DNA of 60,356 bases from a bacterium. GTDB taxonomy: Bacteria; Patescibacteriota; Minisyncoccia; Phycocordibacterales; PALSA-1337. Each line of letters begins with the position of its first letter. Position 1 is the first letter of the stretch. The notes beneath the pieces were generated by a model, which had not been told where the DNA came from, ran no database searches, and was given only the letters and a program-made list of their open reading frames with translations. Position numbers and translations under genes: made by a program. Positions 56,115-60,356 of this stretch are shown here, piece after piece. The stretch is taken from assembly GCA_025355565.1 (NCBI GenBank), contig JANXZK010000020.1, forward strand, positions 1 through 60,356, read 5' to 3'.

Positions 56115-57155
56115 ATGAAAGCATTTTATTACATCGTCTTTGGAGGACTGACGGCACTCGGAGTTGGTGTCGGCCTCGCACGTGGCGTGCAAGTAGCTTG
56201 GCCAACGATCTCATCCGTGGTTCATAGCATCAATGCCCCATCTATTGCGGCGGTTTTTAATGCTGTGAATAGATATTCGTGGAATTCATCGGGATCTGCA
56301 TCGGAAAAAGCAAAAAACAGCGCAAAATCGCCAGTCGTTAATTCAAAGACGGGAGACGGTACGTCTATCTCTGGCATGACTCGGACAGTGAGATATTCCG
56401 CTAGTGAAGAAGAAGACCTGATCGGTACAGCTTCATTGTCTTTGCCGAATTCCTCTGTGAAAAAGATGACTGCAGACGCTTACATCGTAAAGAGCATCGA
56501 TAACGGGGACACTGAGGCCGAGTTCAATGCTGACAAGATCGTTCCGATAGCCTCTCTTTCAAAACTGGTGACGGCGATCGTCGCTCGCAAACTGATCGCT
56601 TCGACGACGCGTATTACGATCACTCGAGATATCATGGTGACCTATGGAAATACTGGCGGACTCAAAGTTGGTGAGACCATGCTCGCAAGTGATCTGTATT
56701 ATCCTCTCCTCATGGTGTCGAGCAATGATACAGCTGAGGCTCTGGCGCAATATTATGGTAGATCAAAATTCTTACTGGCGATGAATGATTTTGTTCAATC
56801 GATCGGCGCATACCGTACGTCTTTTGCTGATCCATCAGGTTTGACACCTCTCAATGTCTCATCAGCGAATGACCTTGTGATCATATTGAAATGGATCGAG
56901 AAGAATGATCCTGGCATATTGGCAATAACTAAGATGAAGAGCAAGACCATTCGTGCACATACATGGGTAAATCCTACCCACTTCCTCAATTGGTCTAACT
57001 ATGCCGGAGGAAAGAACGGGTATACCACAGAAGCTGATCGTACTAGTGCAGCCCTTTTTACCATGGATCATGGTAGAGAGACTTATGCCGTGGTTGTCCT
57101 TGGTAGTGAATCGAGAGACGCTGATATGGTCAAGTTGTTGGCGAAAATCAAATAA
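56115..57155 (+). CDS. D-Ala-D-Ala carboxypeptidase (S11)
   Basis: PIASLSKL, SSN, DPSGL, GGKNGYT. Confidence 0.9.
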   Translation: MKAFYYIVFGGLTALGVGVGLARGVQVAWPTISSVVHSINAPSIAAVFNAVNRYSWNSSGSASEKAKNSAKSPVVNSKTGDGTSISGMTRTVRYSASEEEDLIGTASLSLPNSSVKKMTADAYIVKSIDNGDTEAEFNADKIVPIASLSKLVTAIVARKLIASTTRITITRDIMVTYGNTGGLKVGETMLASDLYYPLLMVSSNDTAEALAQYYGRSKFLLAMNDFVQSIGAYRTSFADPSGLTPLNVSSANDLVIILKWIEKNDPGILAITKMKSKTIRAHTWVNPTHFLNWSNYAGGKNGYTTEADRTSAALFTMDHGRETYAVVVLGSESRDADMVKLLAKIK

Positions 57156-57261
57156 TTATTCTCGGTCTTAAAAGAGGTTTGTGAGGTCACCTACAAAACA
57201 TTACTCAAACTCGGGGGATCACAATTGGAAGCATTCACGATTCATGGTAAAGTCGACTGGC

Positions 57262-58362
57262 ATGAAGAAAGAAATAGTCAAAAAGGTCAGTAAATCGGCG
57301 CAGGTCGCTTCTGTAAGCAGTAGTTTCTGGTCAAATATCTCGAAGCCATTTTTCGTGATCGCGCCTATGGCCAATGTCACCGATGCCGTATTTCGAAAGA
57401 TGTTTGCCAAATATGGCAAGCCAGACGTGACGTGGACCGAATTCGTCTCTGCTGATGGTTTGAATTCTGACGGCCAGAAGCGGTTGCTCATCGATCTAGT
57501 ATATTCAGAAAATGAGCGACCTGTCGTCGCGCAACTATTTACGGGTCATCCCGGGGAAATTAATAAGGCGGCAAAGCTCGTAGCCGAGCTCGGTTTCGAT
57601 GGGCTTGATATAAATATGGGCTGTCCAGACAGAGCAGTGCAGAAGCAAGGTGGTGGTGCCGCGCTCATAAAGAACCCGAAGCTTGCGCTAGAGATATTGG
57701 AGTCAGCGCGAAAAGGAGTGATGAATGAAGGGGCGAGGGTGATGGGTCGGGCTCGAAATGTTGGAAAACAGAGCAGACATATTCCTGTTTCCGTGAAGAC
57801 ACGTATCGGCTTCAATGCTATCGATCTCGGTTGGATAGAACTTCTATTGAAGCAAAAGCTGCCGGCATTAACTATCCATTTGCGTACTAGGAAAGAGATG
57901 TCGGATGAGCCCGCACATTGGGATCTCATGCCGGCAATCATCAAAATGAGAGATGAGATCAGTCCGCTGACACTCGTCATAGGCAATGGTGACGTTCGGT
58001 CTATGAAACAGGCGCGTGAATATACTGAGAAGTATGGTTGTGACGGCGTGATGATCGGGAGAGGTGCCTTTGGTAAGCCATGGTTTTTTGCAGGAGGAGA
58101 GGGGACGGGGAGTAGGACGCATGGGGCTGAAAAAACTCCAGAAGAGCGATTGAAAATCTTGGTCGAACACACGAAGCTATTCGAGAAGACTTACTGTGGC
58201 GAGAAGCATCAAAAAAGTTTCGATATGATGAAGAAACATTTCAAAGCGTATGTTTCCGGCTGGAATGGGGCGAAAGAATTGCGCACGGAGTTGATGAGTG
58301 CCAAGGATTCGAAGGGTGTAGCAAAAATTATTGCTAAATATTCTATCTCTTCTTCTATTTAG
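57262..58362 (+). CDS. tRNA-dihydrouridine synthase
   Basis: APMANVTD, DINMGCP, VKTRIG, GNGD, VMIGRG. Confidence 0.93.
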   Translation: MKKEIVKKVSKSAQVASVSSSFWSNISKPFFVIAPMANVTDAVFRKMFAKYGKPDVTWTEFVSADGLNSDGQKRLLIDLVYSENERPVVAQLFTGHPGEINKAAKLVAELGFDGLDINMGCPDRAVQKQGGGAALIKNPKLALEILESARKGVMNEGARVMGRARNVGKQSRHIPVSVKTRIGFNAIDLGWIELLLKQKLPALTIHLRTRKEMSDEPAHWDLMPAIIKMRDEISPLTLVIGNGDVRSMKQAREYTEKYGCDGVMIGRGAFGKPWFFAGGEGTGSRTHGAEKTPEERLKILVEHTKLFEKTYCGEKHQKSFDMMKKHFKAYVSGWNGAKELRTELMSAKDSKGVAKIIAKYSISSSI

Positions 58363-58472
58363 CGATCAAGGAATTGATGGCCTTGATTGTTCCATGACCG
58401 AAAAATCCCATTGTGCCGGATATCCTGTCAGAAATCCTTTATTCTTTATAGTTAATGCCTTATACTTATCCC

Positions 58473-59498
58473 ATGCCAGTCTTATACCGTACATATCGTC
58501 CGAACAAATGGTCAGAAGTCGTCGGTCAGGACGAGATCGTCACGGTGCTCAAGGATGCCATCTCTAGTCAGCGCATATCCCACGCATACTTGTTCTCCGG
58601 ATCTCGCGGTACTGGCAAGACGACGGTAGCACGCATATTGGCCAAATCTCTCGGTACCGCAGAGGAGGATGTATATGAGATAGATGCCGCGTCAAATCGT
58701 GGCATCGATGATATACGAGAACTCCGCGAACATGTCTCCGTCTCGCCATTTTCCAGCGCATACAAGGTATATATCATCGACGAAGTGCACATGTTGTCCA
58801 AAGACGCATGGAATGCGCTCTTGAAGACTCTCGAGGAACCGCCAAAGCACGTCATCTTCGTCTTGGCGACGACTGAGCTAGATAAGGTTCCTGACACGAT
58901 CATCTCTCGTTGCCAAACATTCACTTTCAAAAAACCCGTGAGAGAAGTGGTGAGGAAACAGGTGATGAGTATAGCGAAGAAGGAAGGATATGAATTGGAT
59001 CCAGGAGCGGCTGATCTCATAGCTCTACTAGGAGATGGGTCATTCAGAGATGCATTGGGTATGCTAGAAAAAGTCATTTCTACTTCGCCGGACAAAAAGA
59101 TTAGCACGGAAGAGGTGGAAAATATCACAGGCGCACCACGAGCGGGACTCGTCAATAGTTTCATCACCGCATTCACCACAAAGAATTCTGACGAGGCTCT
59201 TCGATGTGTGAGTGAAGCTGAGAAGTCTGGTATATCCATGACCATGTTTGCCACCCTCATTCTCGAAAAGATGCGTTTCATCCTGCTTCTCCAACACGCC
59301 GCTTCTTCTAGAGAGAGCATAAAGGAAAGAGTTTCACCCGATGACTGGGAATTTATCGAAGCGCGGGCGGTGAAAAAGTTGCTGACTCCAGTAATGCTCG
59401 TCTCTATTTTAGATGCGGCTGAAGAGATCGGTAGAGCTTGCATCGAACAATTGCCGTTAGAAATGGCGGTTGTAGAAGTGTGCGGAAATGAAATATAG
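58473..59498 (+). CDS. dnaX: DNA polymerase III gamma/tau (short)
   Basis: LYRTYRP, GSRGTGKT, IIDEVHML, LLKTLEEPP. Confidence 0.96.
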   Translation: MPVLYRTYRPNKWSEVVGQDEIVTVLKDAISSQRISHAYLFSGSRGTGKTTVARILAKSLGTAEEDVYEIDAASNRGIDDIRELREHVSVSPFSSAYKVYIIDEVHMLSKDAWNALLKTLEEPPKHVIFVLATTELDKVPDTIISRCQTFTFKKPVREVVRKQVMSIAKKEGYELDPGAADLIALLGDGSFRDALGMLEKVISTSPDKKISTEEVENITGAPRAGLVNSFITAFTTKNSDEALRCVSEAEKSGISMTMFATLILEKMRFILLLQHAASSRESIKERVSPDDWEFIEARAVKKLLTPVMLVSILDAAEEIGRACIEQLPLEMAVVEVCGNEI

Positions 59499-59618
59499 AG
59501 GTCGGCGGATGATATGAGGTTTTCTCTTTTCTCAGTAATAGGATTTTTCGCAAGATGATGAGTTGTTTGATTTTTCGTCAAATTAAATGTACTCTTAGAT
59601 GCGTTGTTAGAAAGAGAT

Positions 59619-59689
59619 TGGGGGGTCGTCTAATGGTAGGACAGCGGCCTTTGAAGCCGTTTATGAAGGTCCGACTCCTTCCCCCCCAG
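59619..59689 (+). tRNA. tRNA-Gln(TTG)
   Basis: TGGGGGG..GCGGC CT TTG AA GCCGT..GAAGG TCCGACT CCTTC CCCCCCAG. Confidence 0.92.
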
Positions 59690-59722
59690 CAAAGTATTTT
59701 TAGACTCGAAAAAGTTTAATTC

Positions 59723-60356
59723 ATGAAAGAGCTCAAGCTTATAAATCTAGAAAATGTCTCGGATGAAGAAGCCGGCGCTTTTGATGTTCGTCAAGCTGCT
59801 AGAGCGGTAGTTTTTGATGAAAATAATTTAAAGAGGGAGTGTTTAGAAGAGATCGGTTGTGGTGTTGAAGTAATAAAAGAAATCGGGTTAATTGTTGAAT
59901 ACAGAAAAAAATTTAATATTAGACAAACTTCCTATTGTTATATTGTAAAACTTATTGGACAGAAAGGTGTTCCGAAATTGGAACCAGATGAGATAGAGGA
60001 AGGATTTGAAACTGTGTGGATGCCATTACCAAAAGCTTTAGAAATAATGAAGCAAAGCAAACCTATTACTTATCAAGGCCCTTATATGGTGACTAGAGAC
60101 ACTGCTTTCATAGAGGCTGCTTTAGAAATAGAAAATACTATGTATGAAGACGATGATTTTATCGTGAAGCCGTCTATTATTGAGGGTTATGGCGTATTTG
60201 CAAAACGTGTATTTAAAAAAGGAGAAGCAGTATTGATTTGGCATCCCACAAAGCTAAACAAAGAAGGACTTGCGACAATTCCAGAAGATCAAAAAAGATT
60301 CATAAACACTCTTAAGGATGGTACGTTAGTTCTATTGAATATCCCAGAGCGATATA
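59723..60356 (+). CDS. Nudix-like domain fused to a SET-like domain (runs off the window; not in ORF track)
   Basis: Manual translation: RQAARAVVFDENN-LKRECLEEIG...VKPSIIEGYGVFAKRVFKKGE...PERY. Confidence 0.75.
   Translation, partial: MKELKLINLENVSDEEAGAFDVRQAARAVVFDENNLKRECLEEIGCGVEVIKEIGLIVEYRKKFNIRQTSYCYIVKLIGQKGVPKLEPDEIEEGFETVWMPLPKALEIMKQSKPITYQGPYMVTRDTAFIEAALEIENTMYEDDDFIVKPSIIEGYGVFAKRVFKKGEAVLIWHPTKLNKEGLATIPEDQKRFINTLKDGTLVLLNIPERY

Noticed and set aside
58568-59581. 337-aa antisense ORF and other long antisense ORFs (e.g. 25689-26387, 57546-58172)
   Set aside because: They lie opposite well-conserved genes and have no recognisable motifs; codon-bias shadows.

Overview
Bacterial chromosomal window. 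The compact housekeeping genes, tRNAs mostly lacking CCA and few Shine-Dalgarno sites suggest a Patescibacteria/CPR (Parcubacteria-like) genome using code 11; this assignment is inference. The backbone carries greA, lysS, mraZ-rsmH-ftsL-ftsI-murF, an RND pump, valS, rmuC, rplU, recR, dnaB, cysS, corA, an S41 protease, rplI, rpmA, parB, topA, dprA, serS, dus, dnaX and five tRNAs (Arg-CCT, Phe-GAA, Glu-CTC, Leu-CAA, Gln-TTG). Main discovery: a ~9.25 kb element (400-9652) integrated at the 3' end of tRNA-Arg. It encodes a rolling-circle HUH Rep and a large serine recombinase whose apparent true C-terminus lies at the opposite end of the element and is rejoined only on excision. Its AT-rich cargo holds two tandem MetRS-family genes (one with an altered amino-acid pocket and degenerate anticodon domain), an FkbM methyltransferase and a divergent nucleotidyltransferase. 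Other signals: three promoters sharing 11-bp-periodic TTTATC arrays at identical spacing to an extended -10; orphan RNase-type genes (NYN, PemK) each faced by a convergent promoter-hairpin small-RNA unit; a repeat-delimited cassette-like region at 41.4-48.6 kb; a GIY-YIG/REP-like insertion at tRNA-Glu; an intact IS630; and several accessory genes that appear to have in-frame internal deletions. All coordinates were read by eye and no database searches were run.
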